From Dehalococcoidia bacterium (GTDB taxonomy: Bacteria > Chloroflexota > Dehalococcoidia > Lucifugimonadales > Lucifugimonadaceae): 64,000 nt of DNA. The stretch spans positions 58,670 through 122,669 of the forward strand of contig JAAZYI010000024.1 of NCBI GenBank assembly GCA_014239735.1, in the 5' to 3' direction. Numbering within the stretch: position 1 is the first letter of the stretch; each line of letters opens with the position of its first letter. Below the pieces are notes generated by a model. The model saw nothing but the letters and a program-made list of their open reading frames with translations. It was not told the DNA's origin and ran no database searches. This document shows, piece after piece, positions 1-9,834 of the stretch. The position numbers and the translations under genes were made by a program.

Positions 1-1
1 A

Positions 2-253
2 ACGGTTATTTGGAATGGAAGTATGGGTGTTTTTGAGTGGGAAACTGGGTGTTTAGGCACAATAGAGTTAATTAAATCTATTGAAAATAGTAAGTGCAAG
101 GCATATGCAGGCGGCGGATCAACCATTGAGGCAATTAACTCTTTTGGCACAAAAGATTCATTTGAGCATATTTCAAGTGGCGGCGGAGCTTTTCTTGAAT
201 TGCTTGAAAGTGGTAGTCTTGTTGGAATAGATAATCTAATTAAAAATGAATAA
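2..253 (+). CDS. pgk: phosphoglycerate kinase, C-terminal fragment (open to window edge)
   Basis: Frame is open from nt 2. Contains 'WNGSMGVFE' (PGK WNGPxGVFE motif) and 'ISSGGGAFLELLES' (C-terminal STGGGA..LE motif). Followed directly by tpiA. Confidence 0.85.
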   Translation, partial: TVIWNGSMGVFEWETGCLGTIELIKSIENSKCKAYAGGGSTIEAINSFGTKDSFEHISSGGGAFLELLESGSLVGIDNLIKNE

Positions 254-977
254 ACTTTTTATATCAAATTGGAAAATGAACCTTGCTGTTACTGAGAGTA
301 TTGATTTTTCTAATGAAATTTCTAGGACGATAAATGAAAATATTATTAAGGATAATATTGAAATAATTATATGCCCTCCTTTTATTTCCATTCCTTACTG
401 TTTCCAAATTCTTAAATCTGTTGCAAAAATTGGTGCCCAAGATATATCAAAAATGAATGAGATCAAAGGTGCATATACTGGTGAAATATCAGCAAAAATG
501 ATTTCAGATTATGCTGATTATGTGATTATTGGGCATTCTGAAAGAAGAACAAACCTAAAAGAAACAAATCAAGATGTGTCATTAAAGGGCATAAATATTT
601 TAAAAAATAATATGACTCCAATATTGTGCATTGGTGAAACAGAAGAGCAGAGAAAAACAGGAGAGCACATATCCATATTAATTGATCAATTAAATGAGAG
701 CTCTGAAGGTCTTGAGAATAAGATGATCGTTGCATATGAACCTATTTGGGCGATTGGGTCAGGCAATTCTTGCAATATAGAACAAATAATTGAAGTATCA
801 AGTGAAGTTAAGGCGCTATGTGGAAATGGCACTCCATTTATATATGGCGGAAGCGTAAATGAAGACAATTGTAAAGAGTTGCTATATCAAAAAGAAATAG
901 ATGGAGTATTAGTTGGCTCTGCTTCTTTGAACCTTAATAGTTTTAATAAAATGATAAGTTCAATGAATGGTGATTAG
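246..977 (+). CDS. tpiA: triosephosphate isomerase
   Basis: Motifs 'ISNWKMN', 'IIGHSERR' and 'AYEPIWAIGSG'. Overlaps the pgk stop by 8 nt. Confidence 0.95.
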   Translation: MNKLFISNWKMNLAVTESIDFSNEISRTINENIIKDNIEIIICPPFISIPYCFQILKSVAKIGAQDISKMNEIKGAYTGEISAKMISDYADYVIIGHSERRTNLKETNQDVSLKGINILKNNMTPILCIGETEEQRKTGEHISILIDQLNESSEGLENKMIVAYEPIWAIGSGNSCNIEQIIEVSSEVKALCGNGTPFIYGGSVNEDNCKELLYQKEIDGVLVGSASLNLNSFNKMISSMNGD

Positions 978-1884
978 TAAGTCTATTGTAATAGTTGGCC
1001 CTACTGCTTCCGGAAAGACAGATTTATCAATAAAGTTAGCAAAAAGAATAGGGTCATCCATTATCAACACTGATTCTAGGCTTTTCTACAAAAATTTAGA
1101 TATAGGAACCGGGAAACCATCAAAGCCTCAAAGATCCGAAGTAAAGCATTATTTAGTAGACATTATAGACTCAATAGATGATTTTTCTATTTCAGAATTT
1201 ATTAAAAAAGCTTCTAAAGCGATTTCTCAAATTATTACAGACAGGAAGATTCCTATTCTTGTGGGAGGAAGTGGTCAATATACTAAAGCGCTTATTGAAG
1301 GCTGGGACATTCCAGAAGTTCCTCCAGATATTGAGCTTAGAATGTCTCTCCAAGAAATTATTGACAGCAAAGGTGTTGATTTTTTTTACAAAAAATTAGA
1401 AAAAGATTTTCCTGAAAATGCTTTGAATATTGATAGAAAAAATCCTAGAAGATTGATCAGGGCTTATGAATTAGGAAAAAATAATATTGTTAGGGCGCCA
1501 AAAAGTAAAAATCCATCTAATTTATTTAAATTATATGGTTTAACCTTAGATAGGAAGATTTTATATTCTAGAATTGACGAAAGAATAGACAAAATGATTG
1601 ATGGAGGATGGGTAGAAGAAGTAAGAAAATTAATCAGTCAAGGGTGTGACCCCAAGAGCAATTCTTTTTCAAGTATAGGTTACAGAGAAATTTATTCATA
1701 TATAATTGGGATCACTAATTTAGAAGAATCAAAATCAATTATTAAAAAAAAGACTAGAAATTTAGTTAGGCATCAATATAATTGGTTTAAGCTGAATGAT
1801 CCAGAAATAACATGGTTTGATATAAATAGTTACTCTCAAGGTGAAATAATTAGTCAAATAGTTGAGGATTTTAATGAAAATTGA
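967..1884 (+). CDS. miaA: tRNA dimethylallyltransferase
   Basis: P-loop 'GPTASGKT', 'VGGSGQY', MiaA-like length and layout. miaA-dapF-hflX synteny. Confidence 0.92.
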   Translation: MVISKSIVIVGPTASGKTDLSIKLAKRIGSSIINTDSRLFYKNLDIGTGKPSKPQRSEVKHYLVDIIDSIDDFSISEFIKKASKAISQIITDRKIPILVGGSGQYTKALIEGWDIPEVPPDIELRMSLQEIIDSKGVDFFYKKLEKDFPENALNIDRKNPRRLIRAYELGKNNIVRAPKSKNPSNLFKLYGLTLDRKILYSRIDERIDKMIDGGWVEEVRKLISQGCDPKSNSFSSIGYREIYSYIIGITNLEESKSIIKKKTRNLVRHQYNWFKLNDPEITWFDINSYSQGEIISQIVEDFNEN

Positions 1885-2731
1885 ATTTACTAAATATCAT
1901 GGCGCAGGAAATGATTATATAGCTGTAGATGGCAGAGGATTAAACTTAGATTGGGGGCTGCTTTCAAAAGAAATGAGTGAGCCTCATTTTGGTGTGTATA
2001 GTGACGGGATAGTTGTGGTTAAAGAATCTAGTGTTGCAGATATAAGGATGAGAGGGTTTAATCCAGATGGTTCAGAGTTTGAAATGAGTGGCAATGGAGT
2101 GCGCTTATTTTCTAAATTTGTACTTGATAATAAGATAATTGAGCCAAGCGCAGACTACCTTAAAGTAGAAACAGGAGGAGGTGTAAGAGAGGTGTATCCG
2201 CAATTTAAAAATGATCTTATGGTATCGGCAAAAGTTGCTATGGGTGAACCAAGCTTCTTAAGAGATGAAATACCTCTTAATAAAGAATTAATTTCAGAGA
2301 ATATTGAAGTTCAAGATTTCAGATTAAATTTAGATGATGAAATCACGGTTAATTGCGTTAATATAGGAAATCCTCATGCTGTAATGATAACTGATGTTGA
2401 TATTGATGAAATTGATCTTAAAAGGATAGGCCCATTAGTAGAAAATAATAAACTTTTTCCAAATAGAGTAAATTTTGAGGTAGTAAATATTATTTCAAGA
2501 GATGAAATAAGAGCTAGGATTTTTGAGAGAGGGGCAGGGGAGACCTTGTCTTCTGGAACAGGAACCTCTGCCTGTGCCATTATTTGTATAAAAAAAGGTC
2601 TGACCAATGAAAATGTAAAAGTAAATGTTCCAGGAGGCTTTTTAAATATAAACTGGATTGTTGGAAAAGGAGCTTATTTAGATGGTCCTACTGCTAAAGT
2701 TTTTTCGGGCACCTGGGAATTAAGGAGTTAA
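1862..2731 (+). CDS. dapF: diaminopimelate epimerase (true start possibly the ATG at 1874)
   Basis: 'YHGAGNDY' N-terminal motif, 'GNPH', and 'ERGAGETLSSGTG' containing the second active-site region. Confidence 0.9.
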   Translation: MRILMKIEFTKYHGAGNDYIAVDGRGLNLDWGLLSKEMSEPHFGVYSDGIVVVKESSVADIRMRGFNPDGSEFEMSGNGVRLFSKFVLDNKIIEPSADYLKVETGGGVREVYPQFKNDLMVSAKVAMGEPSFLRDEIPLNKELISENIEVQDFRLNLDDEITVNCVNIGNPHAVMITDVDIDEIDLKRIGPLVENNKLFPNRVNFEVVNIISRDEIRARIFERGAGETLSSGTGTSACAIICIKKGLTNENVKVNVPGGFLNINWIVGKGAYLDGPTAKVFSGTWELRS

Positions 2732-2732
2732 A

Positions 2733-3893
2733 ATGAAATTTTCTAAAAGATTTGACACTATAGAGCCATACTTATTTGTTGCTATATCAAGAACTATATC
2801 TGAGAAAAAAAAGAAGGGGATTGATGTAATCTCTTTTGGAATAGGAGACCCTGACATACCAACGCCTAAATTTGTACTGGACTCTATGAAAAAGCATTCT
2901 GATAACCCTGCCAATCATAGGTATCCTGAATCTGAAGGACTACCTGAATTTAGAAATGAAGTTTCAGAATATATGAGCAGCAGGTTTGGAGTAGATGTTG
3001 ATCCTGAGAAGCAAGTTATTAGCCTTATTGGCGCCAAAGAAGGCATAGGTCATGCATCATTATGTTTAATTGATGAAGGGGATGTATCAATTGTTCCAGA
3101 CCCAGGGTACCCCGTTTATTCTGCAGGATGCAATTTTGCAGGTGGGGAAATATACAAGATGCCATTATTACAATCAAAAGGGTGGAAGCCTGACCTAAAC
3201 AATATTCCATCAGATATTCGAGAGAAGGCAAAAATGCTTTGGCTAAATTACCCCAATAATCCTACAGGTGGTGTTGCAGATTTAGATTTTTTTCAAGAAG
3301 TAGTAAATTTTGGCATAGAGAATGATATAGCCATTATGCATGATGCTTGTTATTCCGATGTAACTTTTGATGGATATAAAGCTCCATCTATACTAGAAGC
3401 AAAAAATTCAATGGAAATAGCTATGGAGTTCCATTCTTTTTCTAAGATATTCAATATGACAGGTTGGAGATTAGGTTTTGCAGTAGGAAATGAGCAGCTT
3501 GTACAAAGCCTTTTAACTGTTAAATCTAATTTAGACTCTGGGGCTCCTCAAGCAATTCAGATGATGGGAATTGATGCCTTGAAAAATATTGAAGTATTTA
3601 CCCAAGAAAATAATGCTATTTATCAAGCTAGGAGAGACAAATTATCTTCAGCGCTAGAGGAAATTGGCTTGACTGTTGAGTTCCCCAGGGCTGCTTTATA
3701 TTTGTGGTGCAGGGTGCCAGAAGGTTACAATTCTGCTTCTTTTACTGAGTTACTTTTGGAGCAATGCAATGTTGTAGTAACACCAGGAACTGGTTATGGA
3801 GAATACGGTGAAGGCTACGTCCGACTTTCATTAACTACACCTGATGAATTAGTTGATGAAGGAGTAAAACGAATATCGAAATGGAAAGGCTAA
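2733..3893 (+). CDS. dapL: class I/II PLP aminotransferase, LL-diaminopimelate aminotransferase-like
   Basis: 'EPYLF..I......KG.DVISFGIGDPDIPTP' N-terminus typical of DapL-annotated aminotransferases. PLP-lysine motif 'SFSKIFNMTGWRLG'. Lies directly downstream of dapF. Confidence 0.65.
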   Translation: MKFSKRFDTIEPYLFVAISRTISEKKKKGIDVISFGIGDPDIPTPKFVLDSMKKHSDNPANHRYPESEGLPEFRNEVSEYMSSRFGVDVDPEKQVISLIGAKEGIGHASLCLIDEGDVSIVPDPGYPVYSAGCNFAGGEIYKMPLLQSKGWKPDLNNIPSDIREKAKMLWLNYPNNPTGGVADLDFFQEVVNFGIENDIAIMHDACYSDVTFDGYKAPSILEAKNSMEIAMEFHSFSKIFNMTGWRLGFAVGNEQLVQSLLTVKSNLDSGAPQAIQMMGIDALKNIEVFTQENNAIYQARRDKLSSALEEIGLTVEFPRAALYLWCRVPEGYNSASFTELLLEQCNVVVTPGTGYGEYGEGYVRLSLTTPDELVDEGVKRISKWKG

Positions 3894-3909
3894 ATCATTA
3901 ATATTTTAG

Positions 3910-5043
3910 ATGGTTAGAACTGAAAGATCACATATATTAATAGCAAACAATTTTAATATTGAAGACTGGGAGTTAGAGGACAGGGTAGAGGAGATCATTA
4001 ATCTTGCAGAAACTGCTAATGCAGAGATTTCAGGTATAACTCTACAAAAATTAAAGAAACCAGCAAGAACTTATTTGGGCTTAGGAAAATTATCTGAAGC
4101 CAAAGATCAAGTTATTCAGGAGAGAGCGAACCTTATTATAGTTGATGATGAGTTGTCGCCTAATCAGCAAAGATACTTAGAAGATTTGTTTAAAATTAAA
4201 GTTGTTGACAGGACTGCGCTAATTCTTGATATTTTTGCTAATAGGGCAAAATCAAGAGAAGGAAGATTGCAAGTAAGTTTGGCTCAATTCGAATATTTAT
4301 TACCTAGACTGGCAGGCCAGTGGTCTCACTTAGAAAGGCTAGGCGGAGGAATAGGAACTAGAGGGCCTGGAGAAACTCAAATTGAAACAGACAGAAGATT
4401 AGTCAGGAATAGCATAAAAAAAATAAAAAAAGATTTATCAAAAATAAAAATTTCTAGAAGCGCACAAAGATCTAAGAGGCTTAAGAGAGCTTTTAATATT
4501 TCTTTGGTGGGGTATACCAATGCTGGGAAAAGCACATTGTTTAATTGTCTTTCTAAAAAAAATTCAATTTCATCTAGAAAGCTTTTTTCAACTCTGGATA
4601 CTAAAACAAGTAAAATTTACTTAAATAATGAAATTACCTGCACTATTAGTGATACTGTAGGATTTGTTAATAAATTGCCGACTGTATTAGTAGATTCATT
4701 TAAAGCTACTTTGGAAGAGCTTAATGATTCTAACTTATTATTACACGTAATTGATTCGTCTGATAATAATTTCGAAAAACAGATAGAGGTAGTTGATAAT
4801 TTATTAGAAGATTTGGGTCTGGAAAGAAATAATATGATTTATGTATTTAACAAAATAGATAAATTAAATAGCAAAGATCTTGATAAATTTAATAATAAAA
4901 TTAATCATTTAATATCAGCAGATGAGGGATCAGTTGTAAATGTTTCAGCAATTAAAAGTTTAAATATTGATTTACTGAGAGATAAAATCCAAAATCATGC
5001 AGAATCAGGCTACAATATAAATAGTGCAAAAGTATTATATTAA
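3910..5043 (+). CDS. hflX: GTPase HflX
   Basis: 'GPGETQIETDRR' HflX N-domain motif, G1 'GYTNAGKST', G3 'DTVGF'. Confidence 0.93.
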   Translation: MVRTERSHILIANNFNIEDWELEDRVEEIINLAETANAEISGITLQKLKKPARTYLGLGKLSEAKDQVIQERANLIIVDDELSPNQQRYLEDLFKIKVVDRTALILDIFANRAKSREGRLQVSLAQFEYLLPRLAGQWSHLERLGGGIGTRGPGETQIETDRRLVRNSIKKIKKDLSKIKISRSAQRSKRLKRAFNISLVGYTNAGKSTLFNCLSKKNSISSRKLFSTLDTKTSKIYLNNEITCTISDTVGFVNKLPTVLVDSFKATLEELNDSNLLLHVIDSSDNNFEKQIEVVDNLLEDLGLERNNMIYVFNKIDKLNSKDLDKFNNKINHLISADEGSVVNVSAIKSLNIDLLRDKIQNHAESGYNINSAKVLY

Positions 5044-5092
5044 TATATATAACGTCGCACTATATAAGTTATGTAAAGTATATACTTGAATA

Positions 5093-6319
5093 ATGGAAAA
5101 TATATATAAATTAAATTTAAAAAAAATTGGTTCACTAATATTATTTTTATTTGCCTTCCTATTATTTTCTTGTAATAACGCATCTAATCCAGATATAAAA
5201 TTCCCTGTAATTGACGAGGCAAATGCAATTCCGCAGCCTTCGCCTAGAGAAATGGACGAAGATCTTTTAATAATTTGGGAAGCATATTCATATCTTGCTA
5301 GAGAATTTGTTGGTAGAAATGAGATGGATAACTCTAAATTGGCTGAAGGAGCCGTTCAAGGCATGTTTAAGGCACTTAAAGACAAACATTCTGGTTATAT
5401 ACCTCCAGAAAGATTTAAAATTGATCAAACTGCACTACAAGGTAAATTTTCTGGAATTGGAGCTACTGTAGGGCCTACTGAAGACGGATCAAGAATAATA
5501 ATTGTAGCTCCTATACCTGGTTCCCCTGCTGAGGAAGCTGGGATTAAAGCTGGAGATATAATTTTTGAGGTTGATGGTGATGATACTGAAGGATGGACTG
5601 TATTAGAGGCTGTAAATCGAATAAGAGGAAAGTCAGGTACCTCTGTCAGATTAAAAGTACAAAGAATTGGCGAAGTCGCACTAATTGAAATAAAAATTGT
5701 TAGAGGTGAGATAAAGCTACCTAGTGTTTCTTCTAAAATGATAACCGATGAAGAATATGGCCATATAAAAATAACTTCATTTACTAGAGAAACTCACCCT
5801 GAACTGCTAGTTGCTCTCCAAGAAATGAAAGCTAAAGAAGCCAAAGGAATAGTTCTTGATTTGAGAGAAAATCCTGGCGGATACCTTGATGTTGTAGTTG
5901 ATATTGTTAGTGAATTTATACCAAAAAATGAATTGGTTTTGTATGAAGTAGATGGCAATGGCTTCAGGAAAAACCACTTATCAAAAGATTCTGGCAATTA
6001 TACTGATATGCCAATGGTGATTCTTGTAAATGAATTTAGTGCTAGTGGAAGCGAAGTTTTAACTGGTGCTCTTCAAGATTTAGATAGAGCGGTTGCAATT
6101 GGAACAACAACTTTTGGAAAAGGGAGTGTGGGTATTCAAAGAAGACTTAGCAATGAAGGCGGAATATATTACACAGTGGCAAGATGGTATACGCCAAAAG
6201 GAAGGGTTATAGAGGAAAATGGCTTAGAACCTGATGTAATTGTAAGGAATAAAGCTAATGAAACTGATGATCTTCAAATGATAGCGGCAATTACACAGCT
6301 TGATTTTGAATTAAATTAG
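5093..6319 (+). CDS. S41 C-terminal processing peptidase with PDZ domain, probable lipoprotein
   Basis: Lipobox 'LLFSC'. PDZ 'PGSPAEEAGIKAGDII'. Catalytic region 'FSASGSEVLTGALQD' and 'TFGKGSV'. Confidence 0.85.
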   Translation: MENIYKLNLKKIGSLILFLFAFLLFSCNNASNPDIKFPVIDEANAIPQPSPREMDEDLLIIWEAYSYLAREFVGRNEMDNSKLAEGAVQGMFKALKDKHSGYIPPERFKIDQTALQGKFSGIGATVGPTEDGSRIIIVAPIPGSPAEEAGIKAGDIIFEVDGDDTEGWTVLEAVNRIRGKSGTSVRLKVQRIGEVALIEIKIVRGEIKLPSVSSKMITDEEYGHIKITSFTRETHPELLVALQEMKAKEAKGIVLDLRENPGGYLDVVVDIVSEFIPKNELVLYEVDGNGFRKNHLSKDSGNYTDMPMVILVNEFSASGSEVLTGALQDLDRAVAIGTTTFGKGSVGIQRRLSNEGGIYYTVARWYTPKGRVIEENGLEPDVIVRNKANETDDLQMIAAITQLDFELN

Positions 6320-6322
6320 AAC

Positions 6323-6763
6323 ATGACTACCAACAGGAAAGCTTATTTTAATTATCATATTGAAGAAAATTTAAGTGCTGGTATTGTTTTAAAAGGTTCT
6401 GAAATTAAATCTATAAGAGATGGAAAAATAGATATCTCTCAAGCTTTTTGCAGAATACAGAATCAAGAAATTTGGCTTCATAACGCACATATTGCTCCAT
6501 ATGAAAATGCTAGTGTTCAATCAGATCATGATCCGCTCAGATCAAAAAAGCTTCTTTTGCAAAAAAAAGAAATAAAAAAATGGGACCTAGAAGTGAAAAG
6601 AAAAAATTACATTATTGTCCCATTAAATCTTGTAATTACTAAAGGTAAAGCCAAACTAAAAATAGGCTTAGGTAAAAGTAAAAGAAAATATGATAAAAGA
6701 GCTGAGATAAAAAATAGAGAAGCTCAGAGAGATATAGATAAAACTAGAAAAGCTAATAGATGA
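6323..6763 (+). CDS. smpB: SsrA-binding protein
   Basis: 'NRKA.FNY.IEE...AGIVL.GSEIKS' SmpB signature. Lies immediately upstream of the tmRNA. Confidence 0.95.
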   Translation: MTTNRKAYFNYHIEENLSAGIVLKGSEIKSIRDGKIDISQAFCRIQNQEIWLHNAHIAPYENASVQSDHDPLRSKKLLLQKKEIKKWDLEVKRKNYIIVPLNLVITKGKAKLKIGLGKSKRKYDKRAEIKNREAQRDIDKTRKANR

Positions 6764-6790
6764 CTAATATAATTGTTTTACTAACGAATT

Positions 6791-7138
6791 GGGGACGCGT
6801 GGCTTTGACAGGTAAATAATAGAATAGTTTGCGAAACGAGATTCCAAATTCTCGCTAAACTTTGGAAAAAAATAAACGGCGAAAAAGAATACGCTTTAGC
6901 AGCAGTTTAATCTAGCTTGCTACATCTTAATGAGTTTTTTCTCGGAAAACTTATAAAGATGACAAATTTCCGAGATGCACTATCAAATTGCTGAGTTTGA
7001 TAGTTAAGGCTTCTCAGCAGAATGCTTAGCTTAGATTTGTCGCTTTGCGGCTAAGTATTTATTAAAGTGACTATTTTCGTAGAGAATTAATCTGGTGTTT
7101 ATTTGGACGGGGAGTTCGACTCTCCCCCGTCTCCACCA
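6791..7138 (+). ncRNA. ssrA: tmRNA (transfer-messenger RNA)
   Basis: 5' end 'GGGGACGCGTGGCTTTGACAGG'. 3' end is a tRNA-Ala-like T-arm and acceptor, 'GGACGGGGAGTTCGACTCTCCCCGTCTCCACCA'. Internal tag frame GGC GAA AAA GAA TAC GCT TTA GCA GCA GTT TAA (about 6878-6910). Confidence 0.9.
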
Positions 7139-7140
7139 AA

Positions 7141-7875
7141 TTAATAAAAAGTTGAAGAAATTATTTTTGCTCCTAAATATATGAGACTTAAATTTGCAAA
7201 TATATAGATAACCCAAATAAATATATTTTTTTGACCCAATACTCTTTTTTCAATATGAACAGGCATAGAGCCTTCTTCTGAGGTAAAAACAGTGATAATT
7301 TTAGGGGCTAATATAAGTCCTGCTACCCAACCTGATAATAATCCGCCTAAATGAGCTGAATTATCAATTCCGCTCACAGTAAAACCAAAAATTAGATTTA
7401 TTCCTATTATCCAAGAAAGTCCAATTAACGATTCTCTTCCTGAATTACCTAAATTTCCTTTATTAATATACAGATATGCAGCATATGATCCGGCAAGCCC
7501 AAATAGGGCCCCACTTGCTCCTGCCCCAACTGCATAACTTGTAAAAAAACTAAATAGATTTCCCCATATTCCAGCAATCAAATAAATTATTAAAAATCTT
7601 TTTTGGCCAAGAATCTTTTCCATAATTGGCCCAAAAATAATTATACCGATTGTATTTGATATGAGATGAAAAAAGCCTATATGCATAAATATTGGAGAAA
7701 ATAATCTCCAGTATTCCCCTCGAGAGATTAATGTTCCTTCTTTTGCGCCCCAAGCAATCAAGGTTAGCCAATTTTTGGAACCCCCATCCAGCTCTAGTAA
7801 AAGAAAGTAGATTAAATTGATAATTAAAATTATACCTACTGCTGGGTTTTCTTTAAGCTTGTACCCTAGAAACAT
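7141..7875 (-). CDS. rhomboid-family intramembrane serine protease
   Basis: Polytopic membrane protein with 'HIGFFHLISN' (H..H..N), catalytic 'GASGALFGL' and 'AHLGGLLSG'. Confidence 0.85.
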   Translation of the reverse strand: MFLGYKLKENPAVGIILIINLIYFLLLELDGGSKNWLTLIAWGAKEGTLISRGEYWRLFSPIFMHIGFFHLISNTIGIIIFGPIMEKILGQKRFLIIYLIAGIWGNLFSFFTSYAVGAGASGALFGLAGSYAAYLYINKGNLGNSGRESLIGLSWIIGINLIFGFTVSGIDNSAHLGGLLSGWVAGLILAPKIITVFTSEEGSMPVHIEKRVLGQKNIFIWVIYIFANLSLIYLGAKIISSTFY

Positions 7876-8721
7876 TTATTTCTTTGGATGTATTAGATCA
7901 ATTTCAGGTTTTTCTGAAAGTATTCCATTTTGGATTGCAAGATCGAATAATTTATTAATTGCACTAAGCCCCTCCTGCCCCATATCTAAAGTATCTTTAT
8001 TTACATACATTCGGACAAATTTTCTTGCTTCTTCTAAAGAAAGATTTCTCCCATATTGCATAGCATATTTTAAAGCATCATTTTCATTCTCAATTGCGTA
8101 TTTAACGCTATTATAGAAAACTGTAGTTAAATCTTCTCGTAATTTTAAGTCGAATTTTCTATTAACTAAATCAACACCTAAAGGAATAGGCAAATCCGTT
8201 TTTTTATACCACTCCTCTCCAAGATCTAAAATTTTATTGAAGCCATCTTTTTCAAATAATATTTGCCCTTCATGTAAAAGCACTCCAGCATCTACTTCTC
8301 CCCTGTCAATAGACCTCATGATTTTTTCAAAATGCATGAATTCAACATCTAAGCCTTTTCCTGCAAATATTTGAAATAACATATAAGAAGTTGTGAATCT
8401 TCCAGGTATACCTATCTTCTTGCCTTTTAGTTCATCAATTGATTTATAATTTTTTGATACAAGAACTGGGCCATAATTTCTTCCTACTGAAGAACCACAG
8501 CTCATTATTTGATAATGATTACTAACATTTGGGTAATGAGCAACAGATATAGCGGTTACGTCAAGTTCCCCCTTTTCAGATCTTAGGTTAAGCGATTCAA
8601 TATCTTCCATTAAATGAGATATTTTGTAGCCATCAAGTTTTACATTTTCACTTGCAATTCCATAGTACATAAAAGCATCATCTGAGTCTGGGCTATGTCC
8701 AAAAATTACTTCTTTTTCCAT
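7876..8721 (-). CDS. mqnD: MqnA/MqnD-family protein, probable 1,4-dihydroxy-6-naphthoate synthase
   Basis: 'GHSPDSDDAFMYYGI' N-terminus typical of the MqnD branch of the MqnA/MqnD periplasmic-binding-like fold. Lies in the mqn operon. Confidence 0.7.
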   Translation of the reverse strand: MEKEVIFGHSPDSDDAFMYYGIASENVKLDGYKISHLMEDIESLNLRSEKGELDVTAISVAHYPNVSNHYQIMSCGSSVGRNYGPVLVSKNYKSIDELKGKKIGIPGRFTTSYMLFQIFAGKGLDVEFMHFEKIMRSIDRGEVDAGVLLHEGQILFEKDGFNKILDLGEEWYKKTDLPIPLGVDLVNRKFDLKLREDLTTVFYNSVKYAIENENDALKYAMQYGRNLSLEEARKFVRMYVNKDTLDMGQEGLSAINKLFDLAIQNGILSEKPEIDLIHPKK

Positions 8722-9830
8722 TATGTTGCTTTACTCATTTCTTCTATAAGATCATATTCTGTTGTTCTTTGAGTTGCTTCAAAGCCTGCATCATTGATTA
8801 ATTTTTTTATTCCTTCAACAGATGTCCTGTTATAAAAACCCGCAGATAACATAACGTTTTCATCAAATAGTGTTCCTCCGAAATCATCCGCCCCAAAGGA
8901 AAGTGCAATTTGCCCAGTTTTATATCCCTCAGAGAACCAAGAAGCCTGAATATGATTTATGTTATCTAAATAAAGTCGAGAAAGCGCTATTATTCTTAAA
9001 TATTGATTTGGGCCTGCCTCTTTATCTATTTTTTTTCCTAGTGCAGTATTATCTTTTTTAAATGACCATGGAATGAAAGCTGTAAATCTTGCTGGCTTTG
9101 AATTAATTGCTTCATCTTGCACTGTCCTGATATGACTTAGAGTTTCAATAATATCTTGATCATTTTCCAAGTGACCATACATCATTGTTGCTGTTGTATA
9201 AATCCCTGTTTCATGAGCATTTCTATGAACATCAGTCCATTGATCAACAGAATTTTTTGGCTTAAACTTGCTGATTTTAGATTTAATTTCATTTGATAAT
9301 ATTTCAGAACCTCCTCCAGGCATTGTTCTTTGCCCTGCCTTTTTTAGTTCTTGGAAAACTTCTTTTATAGTGAGGCCTGATACTTCGGTCATTTTTATAA
9401 TTTCTGGGGCAGAAAAAAAATGAGGTGTTATATCAGGAAATTCCTTAACTGTTCTAGAGACGATTTCGGTATAGAAATTAAAAGGTATCTCCCTGTTTAA
9501 GCCTCCTTGCATAAGAATTGTAGTGCAGCCTTTGTTGCGAGCTTTTCTTATTTTTTTTATCATCTCATCAACACTATAAGTATATGAGGATGGGTCGTCG
9601 GGGTCAGTTCTATAAAATGCACAAAAACTGCAATAAGCATCACAAATATTTGTGTAATTTAGGTTTGTGTCTATTACAAATGAAACTGACTTATTGGGCA
9701 CTAGTCTGTGCCTTCTTTGTTGCGCTAACTGACCTAAGGTTAATAAATCTAAGTCTCTATATAAGAAAATAGCTTCTTCTTCATTAATTCTTTTGTCATT
9801 TAAAACTTTGGTTGTTATTTTTTCTAGCAT
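8721..9830 (-). CDS. mqnC: radical SAM enzyme, cyclic dehypoxanthinyl futalosine synthase-like
   Basis: 'NYTNICDAYCSFCAFYR' CxxxCxxC radical-SAM cluster motif, 'GGGSE', about 370 aa. Confidence 0.75.
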   Translation of the reverse strand: MLEKITTKVLNDKRINEEEAIFLYRDLDLLTLGQLAQQRRHRLVPNKSVSFVIDTNLNYTNICDAYCSFCAFYRTDPDDPSSYTYSVDEMIKKIRKARNKGCTTILMQGGLNREIPFNFYTEIVSRTVKEFPDITPHFFSAPEIIKMTEVSGLTIKEVFQELKKAGQRTMPGGGSEILSNEIKSKISKFKPKNSVDQWTDVHRNAHETGIYTTATMMYGHLENDQDIIETLSHIRTVQDEAINSKPARFTAFIPWSFKKDNTALGKKIDKEAGPNQYLRIIALSRLYLDNINHIQASWFSEGYKTGQIALSFGADDFGGTLFDENVMLSAGFYNRTSVEGIKKLINDAGFEATQRTTEYDLIEEMSKAT

Positions 9831-9834
9831 TTAT

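Noticed and set aside
7031-7216. 61-aa minus-strand ORF
   Set aside because: It overlaps the 3' half of the tmRNA, including the tRNA-like acceptor and T-arm, and also the rhomboid gene end. The RNA gene explains the sequence.
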